Below, in pieces: positions 1 through 11,917 of a stretch of 64,000 bases of DNA. How positions within the stretch are numbered: the stretch's first letter is position 1; every line of letters starts with the position of its first letter. This DNA is from Amoebophrya sp. A120 (lineage: Eukaryota; Protista; Dinoflagellata): contig CAJINV010000005.1 in assembly GCA_905178155.1 (NCBI GenBank), forward strand, positions 6,656,153 through 6,720,152. Reading direction: 5' to 3'. Position numbers and translations under genes: made by a program. Below the pieces are notes generated by a model. That model saw only the letters and a program-made list of their open reading frames with translations. It searched no databases and was not told where the DNA came from.

Positions 1-2312
1 CTGGTGTCTCTCGTGCGTCGAATTTTTCGGGGAGACGAAATCCCCGAAGAGTGGGGCGAGGCAGTAGTAGCCATGCTCCACAAGGACGGCGTGAAACACG
101 ATCCGAAAAACTGGAGACCGATCGCCCTGATTTCTTTGGGCGAAAAATTGCTGGGCCTCGTCATCCTGAGAAGAGTAGAAGAAGGGGCCAACAGAGAAAT
201 GGACCCCCGGCAGAAAGGGTGCCGGCGCGGACTGTCGACCCGACACGCAGTGTTCGAGCTGCTGAGGGACATCGAAAAAGCCAACAAAGAAGGGCGCCGC
301 GCCCTGTATGCCTTCATCGACTTCGCGAAGGCGTTCGACAGCCTTTCATGGCCCGCCATGGAGGCCATCCTGCGACTTCAAGGAATGCCAGAAAATATCT
401 GTCGCGTGCTCCGCGACATGTACCGGCGCAACGCAAAGTGGAGCATCCGGCTGGGGAAAGACCGGAACACCGAACAACGAAAACAAAAGAGCGGCATAAG
501 GCAAGGCAGCGCGCTTTCGCCGTTGTTGTTCGCACTTTGCGTCGATTGGGCCCTAAAACAGTTCGCAAAAACGATGGAGGAGGAAATGAAGTGGACACAA
601 GACCAAGCCCTTGCCCAGGCCCTGGCCTGGCTTGGGTATGTAGACGACCTGGCCGTCAAGGCCTCCAGTGTCCCCGACATTGAGTTTGCGATGCGCGAGC
701 TCTCCAGCGCGTGTCGCTTCATAGGCCTCGACTTGAACATCCGAAAAACGAAAGTTTTGGCGGTTAACCAAGAAGCAGAACAGAAGCAGAGCCCCACCGC
801 CATGATGGAGAAGTGCATCATGGACGGGGAAGAGGGGTGGACGATCGACTACTGCGGGATTGACTGGGATAAAGAGTGGCAGACAGCAGCAAAATCCATC
901 CCGCTTGCCGGGCTCGGCGACCTCGCGCCAACTCATCTGGTTGTCTGGGACAACCCGGCGATCGGTGTGCAGATCATCGCGTCCAAGCCGAGTGGGTGGG
1001 CAACCGCTCATTGCGGCACTAGCATCCGGCTTACGAGATTAGGCCTGCGGAAATTTGTCCTGGAAGAGAAAAATAGTTTTACTTGCGAGAAGTGCGGCGA
1101 TGTCCTCGCGGACGAGACCGCGCTTCATTTTCACAAAACGACCGGGTTTTGCCGGCCGAACAAGTCGGTGAAAGAATTGCGCACATTGCGGGTCGCGCGA
1201 ATGGTGGAGCAAAAGAAGAAACGAAAAGCCCGGCCGGACGCCGCGGCCGGGCTAAAGGCGGTCAAGCTCCATGGCAAACCGGTGGAGTGCGTGGGGTCGT
1301 TCAAGTACCTCGGCACGGAGGTAGGGTGTGACGGCTCCACCGATGCCGAGACGCATCGCAGATGCGGTCTAGCTCTCGGTGTCGTCCGCCAGGTCTCTCC
1401 CGTCTGGAGGGACAGTAGCGTCCCAACCCACCTGAAAGCCGACTTGTTCCGTTCTCTCTCCCTCAGCGTTGCTTTGTACAACGCTGAGACATGGACTATT
1501 TCCCCAGCAGCAGCTACTTCCTTGCGACAGTTCCAGGACAGTGCCCTGCGGTACGTCCTGGGGGGACACTACAGAAACGCAGAGAAAAGTAGGGAGGAGC
1601 TGTGCGCCGAGCTAGGCCTGCAGGCGATCGAGGACGAAGTAAGATGCAAGAGAATCGGATGGATCGCGCACACATGCAGGGGGATGCAAATGAGGGGTCG
1701 ATGCGCAGAATCGAGCAAGAGATAAACCGCAAAACAGCATGGGGAAAACAAGCAGGAGACGATTTGGATTTGTTCAACATACCCTTCAGCGAACTGAAAA
1801 ACACAAAGCCGACCGGGGAAGCAATACGGGCGACGCTGGCGCAAAGAAGAAAAATACAGCCGGTGCAGCGCAAGAGGGGCGTGGAAGCAGGCAGACCGAA
1901 GTCGAGAAAGCGCACAGAGATGGAAGAAGAGAGAAGAAAACGACTAGAGCAACAAAGACAGGAGACTGAGGCAGCAAATAAAGTTTTACTATTGCGGATC
2001 AACGGGCGCGTGTGGGAGCGGCAGCGGCGGTCCACATACAACTTCACGGTGCAAGACGGCGACGGAACAGCAAAGTTCCGGGTGCAAAGTTTCTATTTCT
2101 GCGAAAACAGTGGCACGGAGGAAGCAACGGTGCTAGGCAAAGTATTTCGACAAGATCCAGCAAGCAAAGCCTGGACCTGCGCCGACCCCATCACATAGCC
2201 GAGCGATGATCCTCTAGCAATAGATAACGAAACGCTGTACATCAACTAAGCAAGCACTAGAAGCGGAAAATAGAAGACAAAAGTTGATCAGACAGTCAGT
2301 CAGTCAGTCGGT
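1..2312 (+). mobile_element. Non-LTR retrotransposon (RTE-like), 5' part outside window; RT ORF 4..1725 with probable frameshift near 1680 continuing to 2198; 3' (CAGT)4CGGT tail
   Basis: RT motifs NWRPIAL, FIDFAKAFDSL, GIRQGSALSPLLF, YVDD, KTKVL, FKYLG, LYNAETW; short tandem-repeat tail at 2293-2312, typical of RTE-clade 3' ends. Confidence 0.88.
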
Positions 2313-2561
2313 GGTCTGGAGAAATGCAACTTGTGATGCTATTTTTGGATTCCAAAAAAATCTGTATTGCATGAGTAGCAAAGGGAATGTAATGTTTGCT
2401 TCGCGGTGGAAAGGGCATAGCATTTGCCATGCGGAATAGGTATCAACAAGCCCTCAGCAAGTCTGTGATGCCAGGGCATGCATCACAGACATCATGACTC
2501 ATACAAAACGTGCATGACAAGTCTCAGATTCTCCCAGACCCAGACATATTTGCATCTGATA
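2313..2561. mobile_element. Introner family A, right part; left TIR interrupted by the retrotransposon
   Basis: Starts ggtctgga (inner part of family A TIR) directly after the retro tail; ends ccagacccagacatatttgcatctgata. Confidence 0.75.
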
Positions 2562-2608
2562 GCCTGTTTCCCGAAACCGAACCCGAGGACGATCACTTCA
2601 TGATGCCT

Positions 2609-2863
2609 TATCAAATGTAAATAAAGTGTCTGGGTCTGGAAGAATTCATGTTTGTCATGCTTGTCTGGCATGACTCTTAAATCTGTCATGCACGTTACCC
2701 AAGAGCTCCGTTTTCCTGTGATGCAGAAGCGCAGTTTGTCATTCAGAATAGGCAACACCTAGGAGCTCAGAAACTTGTCATGCTGAGCCAGCATTTGTAG
2801 CCTCATGATGAGACGCCACCCAGCATCACAAGTTTCCAGACCCAGACACTTTTACTTTTGATA
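2609..2863. mobile_element. Introner family A (TIR TATCAAATGCAAATATGTCTGGGTCTGG-like)
   Basis: TIRs; TSD tgcct/tgcct; joined flanks can read LFPETEPEDDHFMMP|VGKRI*. Confidence 0.9.
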
Positions 2864-3455
2864 TGCCTGTTGGGAAACGTATTTGACTTCTGCACACGAA
2901 TGGGAAGCTGCAAGTACGGGTAAGAGGAAGAATGTGTAAGAGCGACTGCTGTGTGCGTTTCAGTTTCATCGAAAAAAGGTGATGTTGGATAACTGCGAAC
3001 GTTCTTGAGAGGACCTCCGGAGTGAGTACCATATCGGCTCCTGTGTTGACCTTAATGTTCTTTTTTCTGTGTCGTCGCACGGTGCAAAAAGCAGTAGCTT
3101 TGAGTTTTCATGTTCGAGGAGAGGTGTTTTCTTTTTGTTTATCATAATTCCGACGAGAGGGAAGACGAGCAAGATCGTTTGAGAGCTGAGCGCAAATCGT
3201 GGCTCCAAATTGCAGCACGTCGAGGTGGAAAGCATGGAGAGAAGAAGTGTTCCGCGTTTATTTTCCGAAGTGCCGAAACAAGACGGACACAATTGCGAGC
3301 TTGTTGTGGCATAAGTACTTACCACTGCGTCAGAAACAGAAGCAGCTGGAGGTGTTGATGCAGCGAGCTTGCAAGATCTACTTTTTGACTGCTGGATGAG
3401 CATACGAGGATCATGATTTTGTTTTTGACGTAAGTAAAAAGAAGTAGCGCACAAA

Positions 3456-5498
3456 ATGTTCCAACCCGCTGGCCTGAAAACCCTGCGTCTGATCCAGCGG
3501 AAAAAACAACCGGTAGGAAGTTGTAACACAACCGGTATTAAAACTGCAAATGGAACCGCGGCAACGTCGCATGTCGACACAGCTGCAAGAGCAGACACTG
3601 CCAGTACGACGGACAGCGGGGGGACCTGCGAAGGGCACGGCCGGGAGCAGGTTTTATCAGCCCGAACAGCTACCTCGTCTACTCGCGAACAGATCGGAGA
3701 TTCTTATGAAGACGAAAGTAACTCGACGGCTGGGGGTTGGGCGTCGTCTTCTGCTGCAGGTGATCATGGGCCAGCAGATGTTGCACAGCAGTCGTACCAT
3801 CAAACCACATCGACCGCACATGCGTCGTTCCACAGTTTCGAGCAGAATTTCGAAATCATCGAGCCAAAACCGTTTCTTTTCGACGATGATCATTCCGATC
3901 AAGAGTCGGAACATGGGAACAAGCTCTTGTCGTCTAGAAGTTGTGATGCAGAATCCGATGAATCACGAAATATTCCCCTCGATCAGCAGGGACGAGCGCT
4001 CTTGCACCATCAGCCGTTCTCGTGGAGCTACGATCAGGATACAAATCTGGAGCGAGTGCTGTTCGGCGAGAGTAGGAAGATCATAACAAGGAGTTCTACA
4101 ACACCGAGAACATCCCGGGCCGCGCTGGTAGAACATGAAACTGAGAACAAGCGACCGCCAGCTCGTTGCGGAGATAATCATGAGGCGACCTCCTCCTCCT
4201 CCTCTACCACGGAAGTAGGCGAAGGAGGCGTTACAGTTGAAGACCTCTGTTCTACTTCCACTTCAAGTGTCGAGGGCGGCTGCAGAAGCACAAGTACTAG
4301 ACCCGGGACGAGCAGCAGTAGTAGGACCATCAAAGAAAGTCGCACCACGGGCGGGAGCGAGGGTGGCGTTCTCCTTCATGATCCAGCACGATACAAAAGC
4401 CGTGCCGTCCGGGAAGAAGTGCTGGAGACAAGTACTATCAGCCGTCCGTGCGAGGACGCTTTTGCGTCGTTGAGAGCTGGTGGGCTGGTGGACTTCTGTG
4501 GCAATGGCACAGCAAGAGGGCGGGAGACGTCATCTTCAAGCGGCACTGCTGCTGCAAACATCATTCCGGATGTGTTGTGGAAGGTAACCTCGGCAGACGA
4601 CGATGTTGGTGTAAGTTCTTCTCCAACATCTACTTCCCCTTCCGCGGGCAAGAAAACCGGTGATCAAGAAGAACTACATGGCGCTTTCTCGTTGTCACCA
4701 TCTTCCTCTCGTCCAGCCGAAGTTGTGGGTGACGCACAAGCAACCAGGGGCACGACGACGACTGCAACGGGTTCGGACCCTGATCGTCGTGTTAAGACCA
4801 CCAACCCGGTTGATCTGTTCGCCAGCTTCTATCTCGAGGAGGGCACCACGACTGATGAAGGGGCAGCACAAGAACTTCACCAACCGCTGTTGGACGACTT
4901 GGACAACGCGATTCGGGATGTCAGAGAATTCCGAAGGGAAATGCAGCAACAGAAAATGATGAGGGTGCCCTTGCACGCAGCGAGAATCTTCACTGGTACC
5001 ACACCGCGGATGAATGCAAACGAGCATGAGAGGAACCTAGTAGAGCAAGAAGAAGCACAATCACCCCCCTCTTCTCTGGACGAAGAAACAAAGGAGCTGC
5101 TTGCTCAAGCGGATGCGGTGCGGGAAAAGTTCGGGTTGCACGAGCTAAAAAGTATAACACACGGGACAAAGGGAAAGGGTCCAGCAGATGAAGAATCGGA
5201 TCCTCAGAACAAGCGGAGCCAGACACCGCCCAGTCCGGGAAGTCCGTTGTCCTCCTCGCGCAACCAGCGCAGCGAAAAAACTACGATGTTGACAAAAGTT
5301 GTGCGACCAGATCTAAAGCTGAATCTTGACTTTTTGGCTGATGATGATCTACTTTCCACACATGAGGAGATGAGTAAGATGACTCAACACACAACGAGAA
5401 CAACGGGAACAGCCCGAATTTATGACCAGGGCGGTGGGGGCAATTTGGAAAGTCTCGAAGCGTGCTTGCACGATTTGGAAAAGTTTTTGCAAGAATAG
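3456..5498 (+). CDS. Hypothetical low-complexity Ser/Thr/Glu-rich protein; true start uncertain
   Basis: 680-aa uninterrupted ORF with composition like neighbouring genes; no recognisable domain. Confidence 0.6.
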   Translation: MFQPAGLKTLRLIQRKKQPVGSCNTTGIKTANGTAATSHVDTAARADTASTTDSGGTCEGHGREQVLSARTATSSTREQIGDSYEDESNSTAGGWASSSAAGDHGPADVAQQSYHQTTSTAHASFHSFEQNFEIIEPKPFLFDDDHSDQESEHGNKLLSSRSCDAESDESRNIPLDQQGRALLHHQPFSWSYDQDTNLERVLFGESRKIITRSSTTPRTSRAALVEHETENKRPPARCGDNHEATSSSSSTTEVGEGGVTVEDLCSTSTSSVEGGCRSTSTRPGTSSSSRTIKESRTTGGSEGGVLLHDPARYKSRAVREEVLETSTISRPCEDAFASLRAGGLVDFCGNGTARGRETSSSSGTAAANIIPDVLWKVTSADDDVGVSSSPTSTSPSAGKKTGDQEELHGAFSLSPSSSRPAEVVGDAQATRGTTTTATGSDPDRRVKTTNPVDLFASFYLEEGTTTDEGAAQELHQPLLDDLDNAIRDVREFRREMQQQKMMRVPLHAARIFTGTTPRMNANEHERNLVEQEEAQSPPSSLDEETKELLAQADAVREKFGLHELKSITHGTKGKGPADEESDPQNKRSQTPPSPGSPLSSSRNQRSEKTTMLTKVVRPDLKLNLDFLADDDLLSTHEEMSKMTQHTTRTTGTARIYDQGGGGNLESLEACLHDLEKFLQE

Positions 5499-6122
5499 AA
5501 TGACTGAAATGAGCCGACTTATTGTCGTGACCATGCTGGTGGCACATCACTACTACCCTGTTCTCCTGTTCTCTGTTGTACCTACACTGACTACAAGTAG
5601 AGAATTTTCTAGTAACTACACTAACAGTCGTTCGTTCATCGTACTTGTGGTTATTCAGCGGAACTTCGTGCTTTGCACAGTGCAGTCGCCGTCGTATTAC
5701 TGCTGACAGGCAAAATAATCGTACATTTCTTTGCTGTCGCAATCTTCGTGGTCTTGCGTCCGCCTGCTGTTTTTGTTTTCTCGTTCCACTTCGTTCGCGC
5801 GCTCTCCAAAATTTTCTTCTGGCCTGCTATGCAAGGCCATGTCATACTTCATTGAACTAGGGAAGAGCTATCTAGAAATTCAAATTACACATCGTGTCAG
5901 GGCGGAATCTAGGCACACTTCCCCTCCCTTGTCTTCCGTAAAAAACCGTATTAAACCTAGTCACAGATGAAGTTCTGCGAGCAGCTTCTCAGGAGGTAGA
6001 ACGACATTTAGTCCGATTTAAGTTCGAAACACGCCTCAGCTTGACGTGGATGAACTACAGAGTAGAAGCGCAAGTGCTATAACTACCTCCACACAAGACC
6101 GCAACGTCATCGAAGCAGTACT

Positions 6123-9100
6123 ATGCCTCCCAAATTGAAGCCGCTCCAAGTGTCCCGCGACACCAATGTCGCGGCCAACACGAAGAAGGAAAAAGCGAAG
6201 GAAAACCCGAACACGTTGATCGACAATCTCGTGAAGCAAAAGGAATTGGACGATTGGAAGGAAAAGACCCGGAACCTATCGTTCAAGGATAAGTTTCTGG
6301 AATTTACAAAATCGCAGCGCAGCCCAGCGGAACTGCTGGACGATGACTTCTTCAAGCAGTTCCCAAGGCTAATCCTCGGCTGCTGGCAGTTACGGGAGGA
6401 AAACACAAAAGAGATTGTGAAGCTGAACACAAAACAGAAGTTCAACAACGAGCATTTGTTCAACGGGAAAATTTTACCGACCGATATCACAGGAAAAAAG
6501 TGTATACAGTTACACAATTGTTCTTGGAGTTTCTGCATCACAAACTTGCTCGGCATGGCCAAGAAAACCTGTGATGCGCTGACTATAAGGGAAAACACGA
6601 ATGAAATGAGGCTGGCAAGCATTTCCTGCATGACAGAGGTGGTTTGTCTTGCTTGTCTTCCATCAGAGTGTGTAACTGTAAGAAACTTTTTTCTCAGGAT
6701 AACCGAGGATAAGAACACTGTGCCGTCCAACGATTCGAAGTTGTTGACGAGTCAGGATTATCCTGTGCAAAAGTATCGTACTCGTAGTAATAGTAATTGT
6801 AATTATGCATTACAAATGTTTTTCCTAAGGTAAATCAGCATCAGAAATTCCATTTCTCATGCTGAGAAAATTTGTAATGCAATCCATACTAGTACGACTA
6901 TGATGCTTGTTTTGCAATTCATAAGGATTTCCAGACCAACAACCGGTACAGAGAAGCGCTGGAGACGATATTACAGCATTTGGAAATTGGGGTGCGATGT
7001 TTCGACTCAACCGACGCGTATGGGGGCGCGGAGGAGTTGTTGGCCGAGGCGGTGAGCTACTGGAAAAAAGAAGTGAAGAACAGAAATGCTAGCAGTTCTA
7101 ATGCATCTTCGGGAACCTCCGAAGAGGAGAAGATGACAAAGAAAAGTAAAGCCCTATCTGACATCCAAATCTTCACCCGCTTGGACTCCCGACACCTCGA
7201 GAAGGCGCATAAAGTGGTGGAGTTTTCGCTGAAGGCACTGAAGTTTGGGAACCGCGCCACGTTGTTGGATTCGTTGGAACGGAAAAAACCTTATTACCAG
7301 AAATTGATGGAAAGGGAGAACATCGAGGGGATAGACTTGCTCCAATACGCGTTCAACGGTGACGCCGGGGACTACACGGATCCAGACAGAAGTCCAACCA
7401 GGGAATACACGGATCCGGCGCTGTTCGGTTTGGGGATAGATTTGGATGGAAAAACAAGTTCTTCGGGAGGTAGCTCCAGACAGACAACGAGCTCGAGGAG
7501 AAGTAATGGTGGAAATAATAGGAACAGCAAGCCGCGGGACAAACCTGGACTGGGAGCCACGGCTGAGGAACTGACCCCGGAGGAACAGAGACAGAACGAA
7601 AATAAGTCCCACTTGGTCGGGTTCCTCGAACCGATGCGGATTCTTCACCATTTGAAAAAAACCTCCCGGATTAAGCAAATTGGACTATCCAATTTCGACA
7701 CCGACCGGTGTCGGGAAATGCTGTTGTTGGGTTGCCAGGTGCGGACCAACCAGATCCAGTTTTCCATGATCGATCGGCGGGCGGAATTTTCCGGCTTGCT
7801 AAAACTCTGCCGGGAATTCCGCGTGAAATTACTGATCTACGGCGCGTTAATGGGGGGTTGGCTGACGGACCGGTTTTTAAACTGCATATCAACATGAAAA
7901 ATCCCCCCTCCCCATATCAAAATAAAAATTTGCGATGCTGATTTGCAGTCACAAATCATCTTTGTCTTGCCTACAGGGCAATAGGAGACATGTGGCGCAT
8001 TCCAAAGCCAGTCTGTCATGCGCTTTCGGCTACTGCAAACCTGTCTGCCATGCGTTATTGCTAGCCTTCTGCATACCCGAACAGGCTTATGAAATGCCGC
8101 CAAGCACTTTCTGCAAGCGAAAGCTGATTTGTGTACGCAAATCCAGCATCACAAACTTCGTTTTGATGTGGGGGGGGATTTTTCCTCACAATACTGCAAA
8201 AACGACCCCATGCCGAGGCTGAAGACCCGCGATATTGACGAAGGGGGGGTTAATGTCAAGGGATTAGGGAATCGGAAGTGCACAGCATCTCTGTTGAAGT
8301 ACCGTCAGGGTTTATGCAAGAAAAAAACTGTGTAAGTGTAAATCTGTGATGCAGAAAATGCAAAAGCGTTACACTGACTTGTCATGCTCGACATGCATGA
8401 TCGTCTCGCTTCCTATGTGTTTTCCCTTCCTATCTGCGCATAACAAGTTTTTCCTGTCATGGCAGACAAACTTGTGATGCTGTTTTCCCAACAGACTTCT
8501 TAGTACACTGACACAGTTTTTTTCTTGGATAGGGTTTGGATTTGTGGATGCTGGGGGACTGGAAACCGAGGACAACGCTGGACGGGAACGGGTATCCTCT
8601 GTAAAAACGTCCCCACCCCATAGTCAAGATGGGGAATCGGCTAGACAAATTCACAAGTTTTGGCTGTTTTGCATGACAAATTTGGACTCGTAGTCTAGGG
8701 CTGTTTGAGCTAGCTCAGCAGCATCACAGATCTAGTGGATCATGCTGCTTGGAGCATGACAAATCTAAAACACGACTAGGAAATGCTTCTCATGGGGCTC
8801 CGCATGAGAAACATTTTCAGCATGCAGAGTTTGTATGACTATGGTGTGGGGGCATTTTTAAATACGATAACGGGTGGGACTTGTTCCAAGAATTGCTGAA
8901 AGTCTTGGATCAGATCGCGAAGGAGAAAACAGAATTGTGGCGGGAGGAGCTAGATGAAGATAGAACTATTTCTCTTGGACAGCAAACCGAAGAAATGGAA
9001 GGGAAACAACAAGACGAAAAAACGGCCGACGGGACTAGTGCGGAAAATGAAACGCTGGAAGCAAGGGCGGCAAAGCAAATTGTCGAGAACAAACCAAAAT

Positions 9101-9723
9101 TTCGCATTTCCATCGCCCACATCGCGATCCTGTGGGCCATGCGGAAGATCGATACTCTTGCCTACGGCGGCGCGGTGATTATCGGGGCGAGGGATTGCAG
9201 GTGGCTACACGAAACGAAGATTCTGCTGAAGCTTCTGACAGTGAAGGGTGACCGGACGAAAGGGGAAAACAGCTTCAACTACAAGTACACCCTGTCTGAC
9301 CAAGATATGGAGAAAATCGAAAAAATCTACAAGCAGGGCGCGGGAACCTACCAGAACCGGGAAAAACGGTATTTAAATCTCCAAAAATCCTACAACTACC
9401 GCCCGCCCACGCCGAATTATCACGAGAAATCCTATTACGACAGAGAGCGAACAAACGTCTACGGGCGGCAAAGGCAATTGTTGGAAGACGCGGCACGGCG
9501 GAAGGACCGGATGCGAGTGGAGGAACGGGAGGAAATGCAGGCGGAGTATCAAAAGCTTTTGGACGAGGCTGAAGCGGCCAATCGCGAGGAAGAGGAACGT
9601 AAGAAAAAAGAGGCGATTGAGGAGAATGATAGGCGGAAGGCGGAAATTCAGTTGAATGCCATGAAGATGATGATGGCAAAGGGAAAAAACATTTTCGCGG
9701 GGATGAAACTTCCGAGGCGATAG
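6123..9723 (+). CDS. Aldo-keto reductase, RSP5-like subfamily, with C-terminal coiled coil; five introners
   Basis: After removing element+TSD at 6485, 6759, 7887, 8313 and 8593 the frame gives ILGCWQL, FDSTDAYGGAEELL, IKQIGLSNFD, NQIQFSMIDRR, YGALMGGWLTDRFL, SLLKYR, G|WDLFQELL, IAHIAILW. Confidence 0.88.
6485..6701. mobile_element. Introner family C variant
   Basis: TIR tatcacaggaaaaaag..tacagttacaca / tgtgtaactgta..ttttttctcaggata; TSD accga/accga. Confidence 0.9.
6759..6923. mobile_element. Introner family B (TIR TATCCTGTGCAAAAGTATCGTAC)
   Basis: TSD aggat/aggat; 170-nt removal restores the AKR frame (SQD|FQTN). Confidence 0.9.
7887..8193. mobile_element. Introner family E (TIR ..AAAAATCCCCCCTCCCCATA)
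   Basis: TSD ctgca/ctgca; frame restored (FLNC|KNDP). Confidence 0.9.
8313..8531. mobile_element. Introner family C (TIR TAT.CAAGAAAAAAACTGTGT)
   Basis: TSD gggtt/gggtt; 224-nt removal restores frame (RQG|LDLW). Confidence 0.9.
8593..8869. mobile_element. Introner family D (TIR ..AAAAACGTCCCCACC)
   Basis: TSD acggg/acggg; frame restored (GNG|WDLFQELL). Confidence 0.9.
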
Positions 9724-11917
9724 AGGAAAATCTTACAGAAATTTCGGCATCGGGGGTTCGATCTATCGCGGATTGGAACTACGGTAGGCTGGTCGTGCCA
9801 GAAGTTTCTACTATTAGGCCTGTAAAAAGAACTCGAACTCGATACCTGCCAGGATTCGAGAGTAGATTTAAGAAGCAGACTGCACTTTGCAAGTGCTTAC
9901 AAGAAGTACTTCGTAGCGCTGTCGACTACGACTCAGTATACTTACAAACTTTCTTGATGATTCTTGTTGAGACATGGCATTTCTGTTCAAAGTGATTCGG
10001 TGCAATGACGCTCGGACAGCACAAGTTACGTTCTACTTCGGTTGGCTTCGTTCCAATGCACTCAATGTGACAGCCGCGGCGTTTTTTACCACGCTGTTGG
10101 CATAGCACTTGACATGCGTCTAAGAATTTCGGTTTGGGAGTTGAGACAGTGCAACATCTAAGAAAGTCGGTACCATCGTTCAACTGCTCGTTGCTGTGTC
10201 GTTTGCAATATCCAAGAAATAACACTCGGTGAGAGATGAAATTGATTTTCCGAAAATCGGTAGTTCTTTGTCGTCCGCAAATTATTATGGTCGTCATTTT
10301 GCTTACTGCGCCACTTTGGCTGTCTGCGTAGTCCCGCTTACGTGGTTTGCCTGCTTCGGTTTTGGTCTGAGAGGAAACTACAACTTGTCGGTATTTCGTG
10401 CAACTCATTATCCATCACCATCAAGGCGGTTTGAAAAATATTCCGCCATGATAGGTTCCTTCGAGGAACAAGCCGCCACCGTTTCACGTCTTCGTCGCTC
10501 GTCTCATACGACTTTTACTCAAAAAATCTCACAGAGAACTCTGGGTCATCTGGTTTTTCTGCAGTGAATTGTGGAAAAACCGTGAAGACCTTTCTCTTCC
10601 TAATTTTTTTCACATTTTATTGTCTACTTCCATATCTTCACAACCTATCAAAACATGTACTTCTTTCTTCACAACCATTACCACACCATGATTCAATTTT
10701 ATCGGAACTTCTCACGACCAAATCATAACGACAACTAGTTGACGCGGGCCAAAACAAGGAAGAAATGGGCAACTCTTGCCGACGGGCTACGCCCGTCGAG
10801 GAGATTAACAAGAATAGCCGCGGCCTGCCCATCCGCTTGAACATTCCCTACGAAGACCGGGCTTGCTTCGCCGGGTGCGGCGGCAGTCCGGGCGTGCCGC
10901 AAAAGTACTACATTTGCCCCCGAGTGGTGGTTGACGCGGCTCGGCTCGCCGTGCAAGCCAACAATCCGTCACATGGGCAACCGCAGAGCGGCGCGGGGGG
11001 GCAACGTGCGGAAGGTGAGGCGCTGAAGCGGGGCGAATCCAGTGCGTTTGGCCTGCCGAGTGCGGGCGGGAGTGCCTTGCAGTACGCAGATGGAAGAACA
11101 ATAGAGGTGCTGGAGGGGGTCAAGGTGCAACATCCTGGCGGCACAAGTTGTGAAGACCAGTTGTCTCGGTCTTGTATCACCATGCACTTTATTAGCGCGA
11201 CAGCCTGCAGCAATTCGCCATCTTGAAGAAAGTTCGAGTCTCTAACAGTTCTAACATGTTGGCAAACAACGCCGGGTATCATGATTGTTGTTCCGTAGAC
11301 AGTATCTGTACTAGTTCCTGTTGCCGCAGTTAGCACATAGTGCCAGCGACGTGACAAAACCGGCCACGACTGCTCCTGAAATTGAACTGCATGAACATGT
11401 ATGGCATGATCTACTTTACTCCTTCACAACTTCTGTGCAACCTAAGTTAGTATGAGCACTCCCCCCTTCTAAGTAAGAACCTCCATTTTTCTGTACGACA
11501 CCTTATCCGGATCTGCCGGATTGACGAGCGGACTGTCGTCGTCCCAACTCCAGAGTACCGTCGCTGACGATGTCGTGGCCGGCTGGGACCATGATTTCCC
11601 CGACCCTTATCCTGGCGAAATTCTACTATGTTGCTTTGAGATAAGTTGTATAGGCGGGCTCGTCCTCCCGACGTGTGGTTTGTTAAATGAGCGGCCTGAT
11701 TGATGTCTACTTACATTACAGCATGAACATAGGGCAGGAGTACTTACTTCTTCTACACAAGCCGGAAGAAAAAATACTGACTGAAAACAAGTACAATAAT
11801 GCATTTTTTGGTATACATAATTAAATCACTCCGTCTACAAATTCCATCTCAAAGCTTCTCTACCCTTCCCATACCCCAACCGGTGGTTTGTACGACGAAA
11901 CGCAGCCGAAATCGAAA

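Noticed and set aside
10765-11703. Separate gene from ORFs 10765..11226 and 11521..11703
   Set aside because: The start looks coding, but I could not build a consistent exon chain; possibly 5' exons of the 11918 gene.
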